NCBI GenBank assembly: GCA_038063415.1
Contig: JBBTVD010000006.1
Location: 299,914-363,913, forward strand
Origin: Patescibacteria group bacterium
Lineage (GTDB): Bacteria; Patescibacteriota; Microgenomatia; Levybacterales; UBA12049
DNA: 64,000 nt
Direction of reading: 5' to 3'
The translations under genes were made by a program, and so were the position numbers. Below the pieces are notes generated by a model. The model saw only the letters and a program-made list of their open reading frames with translations. It ran no database searches and was not told where the DNA came from. Below, one piece after another: positions 19,746 to 29,392 of this stretch (position 1 is its first letter; every line of letters begins with the position of its first letter).

Positions 19746-20963
19746 TTATAACTCTACCGACCTTGTCGGTGTCGGTATCTTTGTTGGCTTGGGGGTTGGG
19801 GTTACAATCCCATACTCACCAACCATACAGGTCTTCCCCTTGAGGTAACATCCGACAAACTGTTGGATCTCAGTATAATCATCTGGTCCATTCCGTGGAG
19901 CCAGTACCCACTGATTGCCATACAGTGGACTGATGGGAGGATTCATAAGAAGACCGAGACGATCATCTGACGCATCTCCCATATCAATAACGGCACTCGT
20001 AATCTTTGCTCCTTCAAGTTTTTGGGCAAGTCTGATAAAGTCATCCAGCTCATCTTGTTTGATATCCATCTCAACACTATCCTTAAAGACTCCAAACAAG
20101 CTTGAAGCTTTCATCGGATTAAGAATTGTCCCCACTGAAAAGAGCTTATCTTTAAATGCATTAATGACCTTTTCTTGCCGCTTGGAACGGGCAAAGTCTG
20201 AGCCTTCCTTGCCAAGAGCATGTCGTGACCTGACAAATTTAAGAGCGGTCTCTCCATCCATGTGTGTTGGTCCTTTATCAAAATGCAGATGTTCATAACG
20301 GCAAGGGAAAGCATCCATAATGGTCATCGTTGCACTTTCTGAAGCGAGTTCTGCCGAGAGACTGGCAATTTCGGCTTCTGTATGTCCACAACTTGCAGCT
20401 TCTTTGCCAGCGACTGGATATTCATAATCATCAAAGGTTCGCGTGACATCGATATCCAGTCCATCTACCATATCAATTGCTTTGACAAAGCCATTGAAAT
20501 CAATCTTGATAGCATAATCAATCGGTTGTCCAAGAACCTCGCTAATCTTCTTCTTATTTGTTGCTAGACCACTCCCTGGATCGTTTTCGTCAGCCAGGGT
20601 ATAGATATGATTCACTTTTGACTGAGTATCGGGTATCCACAGATCTCGTGGCAAAGACACCATTCGTACATTTTTCTTCTCAGGATCTATTTGGGCAAAG
20701 ATGATCGTATCAGTCAGATTGGGGCCATCATGTTTTTCTCCACCAACTCCCAAGATAAGCAAATTTACTTTTTTTTCTGGCGTTTTTTTGAGGGCAATTT
20801 CTTTCTTGGCAACGGTATCCCAGAGGAATGGGAGAGCTTGAAATACTTTCAAAAGACCAAAGCCGAGGATGACCACGATAAATAACGCAAGTAAGATCTT
20901 TACGCGTTTACGGACTCCCTGTCCCTGCCGTCTTCTTCTGCTTGCATGTAACATATTATCCAT
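19746..20963 (-). CDS. LytR-CpsA-Psr (LCP) family cell-envelope glycopolymer transferase
   Basis: N-terminal TM. LCP core LILGVGGEKHDGPNLTDTIIFAQIDP...VSLPRDLWIP. Confidence 0.7.
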   Translation of the reverse strand: MDNMLHASRRRRQGQGVRKRVKILLALFIVVILGFGLLKVFQALPFLWDTVAKKEIALKKTPEKKVNLLILGVGGEKHDGPNLTDTIIFAQIDPEKKNVRMVSLPRDLWIPDTQSKVNHIYTLADENDPGSGLATNKKKISEVLGQPIDYAIKIDFNGFVKAIDMVDGLDIDVTRTFDDYEYPVAGKEAASCGHTEAEIASLSAELASESATMTIMDAFPCRYEHLHFDKGPTHMDGETALKFVRSRHALGKEGSDFARSKRQEKVINAFKDKLFSVGTILNPMKASSLFGVFKDSVEMDIKQDELDDFIRLAQKLEGAKITSAVIDMGDASDDRLGLLMNPPISPLYGNQWVLAPRNGPDDYTEIQQFVGCYLKGKTCMVGEYGIVTPTPKPTKIPTPTRSVEL

Positions 20964-20970
20964 ATATTTA

Positions 20971-21009
20971 TGTCATCCTGGTAAGCAAAGCGCATCCAGG
21001 ATCTGTCAT
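20971..21009. repeat. Palindromic mini-element (GTCATCCTGGTAAG...GCATCCAGGATCTGTCAT subfamily)
   Basis: Shares the CTGGTAAG...GCATCCAGRATCT architecture with 23173-23210. Intergenic between LCP and tpiA. Confidence 0.55.
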
Positions 21010-21045
21010 ACAAAATAGAGCATTTTTTTTCTATAGATTCTGGAC

Positions 21046-21069
21046 AAGCCAGAATGACGTTTAGACTCT
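21046..21069. repeat. Palindromic mini-element, identical 24-mer to 9647-9670
   Basis: GATTCTGGACAAGCCAGAATGACG, intergenic. Confidence 0.7.
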
Positions 21070-21733
21070 ATGCATTTCCGACAATCCCGACAAACTTCTT
21101 TGCGTCAAGACTTGCCCCTCCAACCAGTACCCCGTCAATAACAGATACATTGGTGAAACTATTGACGTTATCAGCAGTAACACTTCCTCCATAAAGAACG
21201 GCTTTCACCTGTGGATTTTTCTGCTTTATGACCACAGCAACTTCCTCTGCATCTTCTGGCGTGTCTGGATTTCCTGTCCCAATTGCGGCAATAGGTTCAT
21301 AAGCAACAACAGTTACCCCTGATGGAATCTTGGTTTCTTTACCCTGCACACAAAAGATTGGGGTAAGATCCTGTGATAATGCCATTTTTACCTTTTCCTC
21401 AAGCATTTCATCGGTCTCTGAGAAATACTTACGTCTTTCCGAATGCCCAACAATTGCATACTCTGCAAATTCTTTTACTTGAGTAGCATTTATCTGACCA
21501 GTATAAGAGCCACTAGGAAAAGATGAGACATCCTGTGCACCGAGTTTTATTTCAGCAATATATTCAAGCAGATAATCTTTGATAAAAGGAAGTAGATGAT
21601 AGGGAGGACAAACAATAACTTCTTTTCCCTGAGGAACTTGAAAATCTCTTTTGACAAACTGCTGCAACCATTCCCGCGCTTCGAGACGAGTTTTGTTTGA
21701 CTTCCAGTTGGCGACAATAAAAAGCTTCTTCAT
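21068..21733 (-). CDS. tpiA: Triose-phosphate isomerase
   Basis: ANWKSNKT, AYEPIAAIGTG and YGGSV motifs. ATG at 21733 (MKKLFIV). Confidence 0.85.
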   Translation of the reverse strand: MKKLFIVANWKSNKTRLEAREWLQQFVKRDFQVPQGKEVIVCPPYHLLPFIKDYLLEYIAEIKLGAQDVSSFPSGSYTGQINATQVKEFAEYAIVGHSERRKYFSETDEMLEEKVKMALSQDLTPIFCVQGKETKIPSGVTVVAYEPIAAIGTGNPDTPEDAEEVAVVIKQKNPQVKAVLYGGSVTADNVNSFTNVSVIDGVLVGGASLDAKKFVGIVGNA

Positions 21734-21882
21734 TATGTTACAATCTATACTACTAAGAGAGCGAGGGGTGACAGAAGTAAAAGGGATCCCGACGGCGCGC
21801 AGTGAATAATCATGAGCGAGCACTGACGGGAATGAAACTTCTGGCAGGACCCCGAACCGTTAATATTTGTCCATTATACTCT

Positions 21883-23751
21883 ATGACAAGTGGCCTACTC
21901 AAGGATCTAAATCCAGAACAACAACAAGCAGTACTTGCAACAAATGGCCCAACAATTATCCTGGCCGGCGCAGGATCTGGAAAAACACGTGTCTTAACCT
22001 ACAAAGTCCTCTATCTCATGCTTGAGAAAAACATCCCGGCAGAGTCAATCCTCATGGTTACCTTTACCAACAAAGCTGCCAAAGAAATGAAAGAGAGAAT
22101 CTTGCATGCACTGGCAGAACAAAGACAAACAGCAGCGATCCCAACCGTCGCAACCTTTCATTCGCTCTGTGCCAAAATACTCAGAATTGAAGGTAAGCAT
22201 TTAGGCTTCTCGCAACAGTTCACGATTTATGATTCACAGGATCAAATTGACGCAATCAAAGAAGCAATGAAGCAACTTGATCTCTCGGTCAAAGACTTTA
22301 AACCTCATTCCATTCATGCCACAATTTCTGAGGCAAAAAACGAGCTTTTGACCCCCGAAGAGTACGTTTCCTTTGCCAGGGGGACCTTCCAACAAGCCGT
22401 CGCCAAGGTATATCCTCTTTACCAAAAGATTCTTAAAGCAAACGACGCGCTTGATTTTGATGACCTTATTTCCTATACCATCAGACTTTTTCGGGAGAAC
22501 GACCAGATTCGTGAGAAATATCGAAATAGATTTGAGTACATTCTTATCGATGAATATCAAGATACTAACCGTGCACAGTACACACTTACCCGCCTCTTGG
22601 TTAACCCAGAAGGCCCACAAAACGTCTGTGTCGTTGGTGACTTCTCCCAGAGCATCTACAGCTGGCGTGGAGCAGATTATCACAATCTCCTGCGCTTCAA
22701 AGATGATTTCCCGGGAGCCAAGACCTTTTCCTTGTCTCAAAACTACCGCTCCACTCAAAAAATCCTTGATGCAGCCTCAACCGTTATTGCAAAAAATAAA
22801 TCGCATCCTGTACTTAAACTCTGGACAGAGAATCCAGACGGGGAAGAGATAGAGATTTATGAAGCGATGAATGAGCAAGATGAGGCTGACTTTATCATCC
22901 GTACGGTTGCCAATCTTGGCCTCAAAAACTTGAGTAAAGTAGCCGTCCTCTACCGAACCAATGCCCAGTCCCGTGTCATGGAAGAAGCACTCCTCCACCA
23001 TGCACTCCCGTATGTGCTGATCGGGGGGACACGGTTTTATGAACGAAAAGAAATAAAGGATGTCCTGTGTTATCTAAGGCTTATCAATAATCCAAGTGAG
23101 TCAATTGCCTACAAACGTGCAGAAAAATTGGGGAAGGGGAGATTGGCAAAGTTCTTGGCCTATCAATCCTCTGTCATTCTGGTAAGTGAGGAACGAACGC
23201 ATCCAGAATCTACTCAACAAAAAGATGCTGGACAAGCCAGCATGACGACGATTGACCTACTGGATGGCGTCGTCCGAGCAACAGGGTACCTTGAGCTGTA
23301 CGACGACAAAATAGAAGAAGACCGGCAACGGTTAGAAAACATTAAAGAACTTCGCTCTGTAGCTATGGAATTCCCGCTGCTTTTTGAGTTCTTGGAAAAC
23401 GTGGCTCTGGTTGAGCAAGAATATGATTCTGAAAAAAATGCCGAAGGCAAGATAACCCTTATGACGCTCCATGCGGCCAAAGGACTTGAGTTCCCGATTG
23501 TTTTTATCATTGGTATGGAAGAGGGACTCTTCCCCCACAGTCGAAGTCTTATGGATCGGGAGCAACTAGAAGAAGAGCGAAGGCTTTGTTACGTGGGCAT
23601 GACCCGAGCAAAAGAGAAACTCTATATGACCTATGCCAAAAGACGACTGTTCTTTGGACAACGAGCAACCAATACCGTCTCCCGCTTTGTCCTTGAGATG
23701 CCCGAGGAAATGATCTCCCACATCAAATATGAATCCTGGGAAAGTGCATAA
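21883..23751 (+). CDS. UvrD/PcrA/Rep-type superfamily-1 DNA helicase
   Basis: Walker A AGAGSGKTRVL, plus the motifs DEYQDTN and VGDFSQSIYSWRGA. ATG at 21883. Two in-frame mini-elements near the C-terminus. Confidence 0.85.
   Translation: MTSGLLKDLNPEQQQAVLATNGPTIILAGAGSGKTRVLTYKVLYLMLEKNIPAESILMVTFTNKAAKEMKERILHALAEQRQTAAIPTVATFHSLCAKILRIEGKHLGFSQQFTIYDSQDQIDAIKEAMKQLDLSVKDFKPHSIHATISEAKNELLTPEEYVSFARGTFQQAVAKVYPLYQKILKANDALDFDDLISYTIRLFRENDQIREKYRNRFEYILIDEYQDTNRAQYTLTRLLVNPEGPQNVCVVGDFSQSIYSWRGADYHNLLRFKDDFPGAKTFSLSQNYRSTQKILDAASTVIAKNKSHPVLKLWTENPDGEEIEIYEAMNEQDEADFIIRTVANLGLKNLSKVAVLYRTNAQSRVMEEALLHHALPYVLIGGTRFYERKEIKDVLCYLRLINNPSESIAYKRAEKLGKGRLAKFLAYQSSVILVSEERTHPESTQQKDAGQASMTTIDLLDGVVRATGYLELYDDKIEEDRQRLENIKELRSVAMEFPLLFEFLENVALVEQEYDSEKNAEGKITLMTLHAAKGLEFPIVFIIGMEEGLFPHSRSLMDREQLEEERRLCYVGMTRAKEKLYMTYAKRRLFFGQRATNTVSRFVLEMPEEMISHIKYESWESA
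23173..23247. repeat. Two adjacent palindromic mini-elements inside the helicase gene
   Basis: GTCATTCTGGTAAG...GCATCCAGAATC at 23173-23210. GATGCTGGACAAGCCAGCATGACG at 23224-23247, a core variant with paired compensatory changes. Confidence 0.6.
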
Positions 23752-23752
23752 G

Positions 23753-24445
23753 TTAATCTGTTAAAAAATGCAGATATCTTTTTGCATTAAGCAGGTTGAG
23801 GATTCCCGTGAAGCCGTGATTTAACCAACCATTAACGACAACTTCATATGGATACTTTCTTTCTTGCAACAGTTGAAGTAATCTTTCCCCTTGTTCATAG
23901 GGAATCAGTTCATCTTTCTTGGCAAGATAGATCAAAATACTTTTCCCTTGTAAATTATCCATATTATATTGTGGACTAATCGATTTCCAGGCTGCTACTA
24001 ACTGCTCTTTAGTAAAATTTTGCTGCTTCAAGTTCTCTTTAAAACCCGGAATGACAGCATCCCAACTCCACACCGATTCAGCGGTATCTGCTCCACTTGT
24101 ATTAAGAATTACCTTCGTAATGTCGGAGGATTCATTTGCAACAAGTATTGCCGGAATCGTTCCCAGACTTGTACCAAAGACAGAAAAAGAGTCCAGTCCC
24201 TGTGCTTTTAAGATACTTATTTGCTGTAAAATAGCTTTTTTTATTGCCAGTAATTCTTTTACTGTTTTTGTAGTATTGGGTGAGAATACTTCATTGTGAT
24301 AAGTATAGGTGATGCAATAGTACCCATTGCTTTCCAGAATCTTTGCCGTAATCCACAGCATCGCAGGAGTATAGGTCCAACCACCAATAAGGAAAACAAC
24401 TTTCTTATGTTTTCTTCCATACTGTTTTTTTAAGAAAGATGGCAT
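23753..24445 (-). CDS. Alpha/beta-hydrolase fold protein (esterase-like)
   Basis: GTSLG nucleophile-elbow motif. ATG at 24445 (MPSFLKK); the longer track ORF has no good start. Confidence 0.5.
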   Translation of the reverse strand: MPSFLKKQYGRKHKKVVFLIGGWTYTPAMLWITAKILESNGYYCITYTYHNEVFSPNTTKTVKELLAIKKAILQQISILKAQGLDSFSVFGTSLGTIPAILVANESSDITKVILNTSGADTAESVWSWDAVIPGFKENLKQQNFTKEQLVAAWKSISPQYNMDNLQGKSILIYLAKKDELIPYEQGERLLQLLQERKYPYEVVVNGWLNHGFTGILNLLNAKRYLHFLTD

Positions 24446-24484
24446 GGCATTATTATACAGTTTTTTATCTGCTACAATATCCTC

Positions 24485-25543
24485 ATGACCGTCCACGCTA
24501 TTACATCCGAAGAAAAAGCAGTATTTAATGCTGTTGTTGACCATCCTCTCCAATCGTACGAATGGGGAGAGTTTCGCGAGAAAACCGGAGTAAAAGTTAT
24601 CAGACGAGGATTTTTTGAAGGAAAAAAGCTTATTTCGGCCTTCCAACTGACTATCCATCCCGTCCCACACACCCCCTGGACTATTGGTTACCTACCAAAA
24701 GGGGATATGCCGACAAAAGAGGTGCTTGAGGAACTGAAACGAATTGGCAAAGAAGAGAGATGTATTTCAATCCAACTTGAACCAAATGTGATAAAACAAT
24801 CTGTCATTCCCGCGAAAGCGGGAATCCATGGATCCCCGATCGGGGTCGGGGATGACAAGCTGAAACAACTTGGACTCATCCCAGCCGCTCATCCTCTCTT
24901 TACCAAATATACCTTTGTGCTCGATCTAACAAAATCAGAAGATGAGCTTCTCAAAAATATGCATCCAAAAGGAAGATATAATATTAAAGTTGCAGGTAAA
25001 CATGGGGTTACCGTTCATGAGGATAATTCAGAGAAAGCCTTTACAAAATACTGGGAACTAACAGAAGAAACGACGCAAAGGCAAAAATTTTATGCACATG
25101 GCAGAAGATATCATGAATTACAGTGGGAAATCTTTCCCCATACTCCGCAAAAAACGCAGCTAACCTCACACCTTTTTGTGGCAACCTATGAAAAAAAGAT
25201 TTTGACTACCATGCTCTTTTTTGTCTTTCATGATACGCTCTACTATCCGTATGGGGCATCCAGTGGTGAGCATCGCAACGTCATGCACTCCAACCTTACG
25301 ATGTGGGAAGGCATCAGGTTTGGCAAGAAGTTAGGACTCAAAAAATTTGACATGTGGGGAGCGATGGGACAAAATCCTGATCAGAATGATCCCTGGTACG
25401 GCTTTCATACCTTCAAACAACGTTATGGACCTGATCATGTTGAATTTATCGGCAGTTATGATCTCGTGATGAATCAAATACTGTATCAGGCATATAAAAT
25501 TGCGGATAAGTTGCGATGGATGTTATTACGTATAAAAGGATAA
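24485..25543 (+). CDS. FemAB-family peptidoglycan interpeptide-bridge aminoacyltransferase-like protein
   Basis: 352 aa with FemAB-like organisation. Contains an in-frame mini-element that translates as SVIPAKAGIHGSPIGVGDD. Confidence 0.5.
   Translation: MTVHAITSEEKAVFNAVVDHPLQSYEWGEFREKTGVKVIRRGFFEGKKLISAFQLTIHPVPHTPWTIGYLPKGDMPTKEVLEELKRIGKEERCISIQLEPNVIKQSVIPAKAGIHGSPIGVGDDKLKQLGLIPAAHPLFTKYTFVLDLTKSEDELLKNMHPKGRYNIKVAGKHGVTVHEDNSEKAFTKYWELTEETTQRQKFYAHGRRYHELQWEIFPHTPQKTQLTSHLFVATYEKKILTTMLFFVFHDTLYYPYGASSGEHRNVMHSNLTMWEGIRFGKKLGLKKFDMWGAMGQNPDQNDPWYGFHTFKQRYGPDHVEFIGSYDLVMNQILYQAYKIADKLRWMLLRIKG
24802..24857. repeat. Palindromic mini-element (TGTCATTCCCGCGAAAGCGGGAATCC...GGGGATGACA)
   Basis: TIR-like arms TGTCATTCCCG/CGGGGATGACA with internal GC hairpins. 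In frame inside the FemAB-like gene. Confidence 0.6.
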
Positions 25544-25564
25544 AGCTTATCTTGTTACTCCTTT

Positions 25565-26032
25565 TCAAATTAAACCAAAGCGTTCCTTTAGTTCAACTAT
25601 CCAATGGCTTTCAGGCAAAAATTTGATCCCATGTTTTTCGCAAGCACGATCAAATCCATTACTATCTCCTTCTTTTAAAGCAGTTATTTCTTCAAACCAT
25701 TTTTCAGTACCACCAGGTGTTAATACTTCAATAACAACCGCTGGCACCAACCCTGGGTTCCACATGGAATGTTGAATATTACGTGGCTTAAGTGCCCATT
25801 GCCCTTTGCGAGCTGATTTAATAGTTTCTCCTATTAAAACACCAATCTCTCCAGATTGGACATATACCCATACATCATTTTTATGCACGTGAGGAGGTAC
25901 AAGAGTCTTTGGTGGCAACGTCTCTTCCACAACGGACATAACACCACTAGTATGTTCAGAACGAACTTTTATTGTTACTTTAAAAGCTCCAGATAATTTT
26001 TCAGTTTTAGGGACAATAACCAATCTAGTCAT
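25565..26032 (-). CDS. Cupin-domain protein
   Basis: HVHKNDVWVYVQSGE cupin motif. Confidence 0.5.
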   Translation of the reverse strand: MTRLVIVPKTEKLSGAFKVTIKVRSEHTSGVMSVVEETLPPKTLVPPHVHKNDVWVYVQSGEIGVLIGETIKSARKGQWALKPRNIQHSMWNPGLVPAVVIEVLTPGGTEKWFEEITALKEGDSNGFDRACEKHGIKFLPESHWIVELKERFGLI

Positions 26033-26097
26033 TTTAGATACTACCCGAGCTGTTAAGAACTCAAATTACTTTTGCTTTAGTTTAAACTGCCTATATT

Positions 26098-26622
26098 TTA
26101 CCTATGCTTCGGTATTTGATACACATACACTTCATTCTTCTCATCACTAGCAATGAGTGGCAGATCGATTTTGTACACAAACGTAACGACCCTTGTCCCC
26201 GGCTTTAACTCTTTAAGTAATTTAGGTTTTAACTGATTGAGGGCTTTGGGTATTAAATACATAATGACAACCGTTGCTTCTGAGACATCGACGGCAAAGA
26301 AATTCTTTCGATAAACCTTAAGCTTTCTAGAATTTTTGCTGGCCAAAAAACGAATCTTTGCCACCCAATAGCGTAAAGGATCGATCTCAATCCCTACACC
26401 TTGAGCACCCAGATTGGCTGCCGTAAGAAGAGCAGTCCCGTCACCACACCCAAGATCATACACGACATCGTTTTTTGTCACTTTGGCAAGTTTACATTGC
26501 ATTTTTGCGATCTTTCCTGATGTCCGCCACCATGGAGACCAGGGGCTATCAGGAGGCCACACCATAGAGAGGAGAAAGAAAAGAAGACCTAAGGTAATAA
26601 AGAATAGAATAAATACGAGCAT
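26098..26622 (-). CDS. Class I SAM-dependent methyltransferase with N-terminal TM
   Basis: Motif I VVYDLGCGDGTALL. Confidence 0.65.
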   Translation of the reverse strand: MLVFILFFITLGLLFFLLSMVWPPDSPWSPWWRTSGKIAKMQCKLAKVTKNDVVYDLGCGDGTALLTAANLGAQGVGIEIDPLRYWVAKIRFLASKNSRKLKVYRKNFFAVDVSEATVVIMYLIPKALNQLKPKLLKELKPGTRVVTFVYKIDLPLIASDEKNEVYVYQIPKHR

Positions 26623-26625
26623 AGA

Positions 26626-26922
26626 TTAGAAAAAAATAACTTTACCGAGTATATTTTTCCTGTCTATCATACCAAACGTCCGGCTATCTGTGCTATGGGC
26701 AGGATTATCTCCCATCAAAAAATACTTCTGCTTTTCCTTTTTGGCAATCCGTTTGATAAGAATCTTACCATCACGAGGATCCTTTGCAGCAACGATATCT
26801 CCTACCTGCGGCTGCTTAAAAAAGAACGCGCATCGGTTGACCAGTATGTGCTGTCCATTCTGCAAGGTAATGGACATGCTCTGACCAAAAATCTTATAAT
26901 GAATAATCGGTAACCAAATCAT
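26626..26922 (-). CDS. sodX: Short S26 signal-peptidase-like protease, candidate NiSOD maturation protease SodX
   Basis: GDNPAHSTDSR matches the S26 GDNxxxSxDSR box. Only 98 aa, as SodX is. Lies in the sodN locus. Confidence 0.5.
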   Translation of the reverse strand: MIWLPIIHYKIFGQSMSITLQNGQHILVNRCAFFFKQPQVGDIVAAKDPRDGKILIKRIAKKEKQKYFLMGDNPAHSTDSRTFGMIDRKNILGKVIFF

Positions 26923-26930
26923 ATCTCTTT

Positions 26931-27782
26931 AGGAAAAAACGACTCTCTCATGTTCTGGCAAATCTAGTTCAGCAATCTGCTGGAGTGAAGGAATTAATCC
27001 AAAGATACTATCAACAGAAACTCCTGATGGCAAAGGAAAAGCAAGTAAAGAAAATAGTCGATCAGTCTTTATCTTTAGTCTATCACTAAAATTATTATTT
27101 GAGGTGGCGATTTGTACGACTTCCTGATCTCCTAATTTTTCTCCTCGAAAAGTAGAAGTTGTATGATGTCGTGATTGATAGATTCTTTTTTGTACCTCAC
27201 CACCTTCTAGTAAAAGCTTAGTGATCCATTCGATATCTGCTGTTCTATCAAACTGCGCTCTTCGCTTTGCAACAGAAAGCCCACCAATAAGCGTCGTAGC
27301 ACTGGAAAGTTCTGCCGACGAATAAAAGGTACGATATAGGTTCTTGGGTCTTCTCTATGCTCATCAACCACAGCTCACAGGACGTGTAATTGAGCGTCAG
27401 GTTGTATGTTTCCAATAATACTATGTAGGGTAGCCTGATCTCTTGTGGTAGAAAAAAAACCTGTGGTGAGAATTTTTGGATCAGGAGAGGTATATTCAGC
27501 AAAAGAGATTACCCTTTCAGAATAAGCCTCGGCCAACAGAATTCTTTCTTCTGGACGAAGAGGGGGAAAACCAGTTGTGTCTATTTCTGTTTTTTGATCA
27601 AGATAGATACTTGTTTCGATAGGACCAACGATACAAGCTGCTTTAAACATTGCTCTTGCTAGAAGACTTTTTCCAGCGAATCTCAAAATATCTCTTCTCG
27701 TTTGAGGCTGAGAACGATCAACTTCTCGATCTTTCACTGGGGAGATTATCCGCTTCCCTATTTTCTTTGTCAATATCAACAA
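26931..27782 (-). pseudogene. Disrupted ORF (frameshift plus in-frame TGA) between sodN and sodX
   Basis: A 135-aa ORF (27375-27782) ends at TGA. Beyond it the open frame runs about 55 codons to a TAG. A second start-less open frame (more than 115 codons, no Met) continues to a TAA at about 26931. Confidence 0.3.
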
Positions 27783-27799
27783 TCCCTGGAGAGGATACT

Positions 27800-28216
27800 T
27801 TATTTAGCAGCAGCTTTTGTTTGGTTAAAGATATCGGTGATTTCAACAATTAAATCGAGCAATTTCTGACCATCTGCTGGATCAACTGATTTTTTTGTTT
27901 GACCTGCTGCCTTAGTTGCTCGCCAAAAAAGATCATGTAGTTGTGGGAATTTCTCAAGATGTTCAGGCTTGAAATAATCTGTCCACAGTACCCAGAGATG
28001 ATGCTTAACCAGTTCTGCTCGTTGCTCTTTGATAAAAACTGCTCGCCATTTTTGCTCGTCCTCATGAAGCTCAGCATACTTCTCCATAATCTTCATGATA
28101 CTTTCTGCTTCAATTCGAGCTTGTGCAGGATCGTACACTCCACATGGAAGATCGCAATGTGCATAAGCAACCTGCTCAGGAAGGAGTTTGGAGAGGAGTG
28201 AGACAAAACGATTCAT
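27800..28216 (-). CDS. sodN: Nickel-containing superoxide dismutase precursor
   Basis: Pro-peptide MNRFVSLLSKLLPEQVAYA followed by the Ni-hook HCDLPCGVYDPA. Confidence 0.85.
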   Translation of the reverse strand: MNRFVSLLSKLLPEQVAYAHCDLPCGVYDPAQARIEAESIMKIMEKYAELHEDEQKWRAVFIKEQRAELVKHHLWVLWTDYFKPEHLEKFPQLHDLFWRATKAAGQTKKSVDPADGQKLLDLIVEITDIFNQTKAAAK

Positions 28217-28249
28217 CTTTCTATATCCTACTGCTATTTTTTAAAAAAA

Positions 28250-29314
28250 TCAACCCCGGGTTCTTGGAGATATTTTTTTCAACCAACCACCAATTGCGTC
28301 AAGGTAAGGCTTTTTATTCTCAAGCATATTATAATGTCCCTGGTTGCCTTCCAATCCTCTCTCTTCAATCACGGCCATGGGTCCGACAATCTTTCGCAAA
28401 TGCCTATTTGCTCGCTCATTATCAACAGCAGCATCTGCCTTGGGATTTTCTGGCGACAAGGAAAGAATCTGCATACCGTCATCTCGAACGATGTCCTGAA
28501 TGATTCCAATTTCTTCTCTTGTAAGAGAATCACCCAACTCACTAAATTCATCAAGTAACACTCGGGGACCTACGGCATTATCTGGAGCCAAATCCCTCCG
28601 AGTAGCGCCATAAACAACTGCTGTTACGATGCCTCCACCTTGATAACCTGTTTCCTCGACAAGATAATTGACACCTTTAGCAACGCTACTGCCACGCACG
28701 TCACTTAAATCATAAGGAGTACAGTCGGTAATCAGATGGGTAAATTGTATAGCAGATCCTGCTCTTCGCAACGCCGCTGCAACTTTCAATGCATACTGTC
28801 CACCAGCACTCCCTCCCATGAGTGCTACTTTTTTTAGGCTTTTTTTTTCATGCTTGAGAAAGTCTTGTACGACACTATCGAGATCAACACCTAAACTACT
28901 AAAATCAATGTACCCCATAGCTCCAAATTGTTCAAACTCAGGATGTGCTAGTGGATCTTCTGCCGAAGCTTCGGAGGAATATCGAAGAAATGAAGCAATA
29001 TCTTTTGCATGATCTACCTGCACTCCCGGAAAGCAAAAAAGCGCAGCTTGAGTTTCTGCTAATCTTCGTCCTTCTCCAGAATTATCTAAGAACCTCGCAT
29101 GTGAGGTGTAACCTCCGAGTAATTCAGGAACTAGTCGTGAACCTTGATCAACAGCTGATACAACGGCAACCGCTTTTAAGAAAGTTCTTCTCGGAAAGGC
29201 TCTTGCACGACCTATCGCAGAGAGATCATCAGCGGAACTATTTGGTGTTTGGTCAGGAAGCCTACGAGAAAAACTTGGTAATCCAAATCGACGAGAGGGA
29301 TTTGTTTCAGTCAT
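28250..29314 (-). CDS. Tat-signal-bearing secreted alpha/beta hydrolase (esterase/lipase-like)
   Basis: Twin-arginine motif SRRFGL...PRRTFLKAVAVVSAV, GGSAGG nucleophile motif, and Ala/Arg/Gly-rich composition with GC above the window average. Confidence 0.5.
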   Translation of the reverse strand: MTETNPSRRFGLPSFSRRLPDQTPNSSADDLSAIGRARAFPRRTFLKAVAVVSAVDQGSRLVPELLGGYTSHARFLDNSGEGRRLAETQAALFCFPGVQVDHAKDIASFLRYSSEASAEDPLAHPEFEQFGAMGYIDFSSLGVDLDSVVQDFLKHEKKSLKKVALMGGSAGGQYALKVAAALRRAGSAIQFTHLITDCTPYDLSDVRGSSVAKGVNYLVEETGYQGGGIVTAVVYGATRRDLAPDNAVGPRVLLDEFSELGDSLTREEIGIIQDIVRDDGMQILSLSPENPKADAAVDNERANRHLRKIVGPMAVIEERGLEGNQGHYNMLENKKPYLDAIGGWLKKISPRTRG

Positions 29315-29392
29315 AAAAATTATTTTATCATCTTAATCCTATAATAATCAAGCGGTTTGACAATTACCCTCATAATATACTACGGTTAATAT

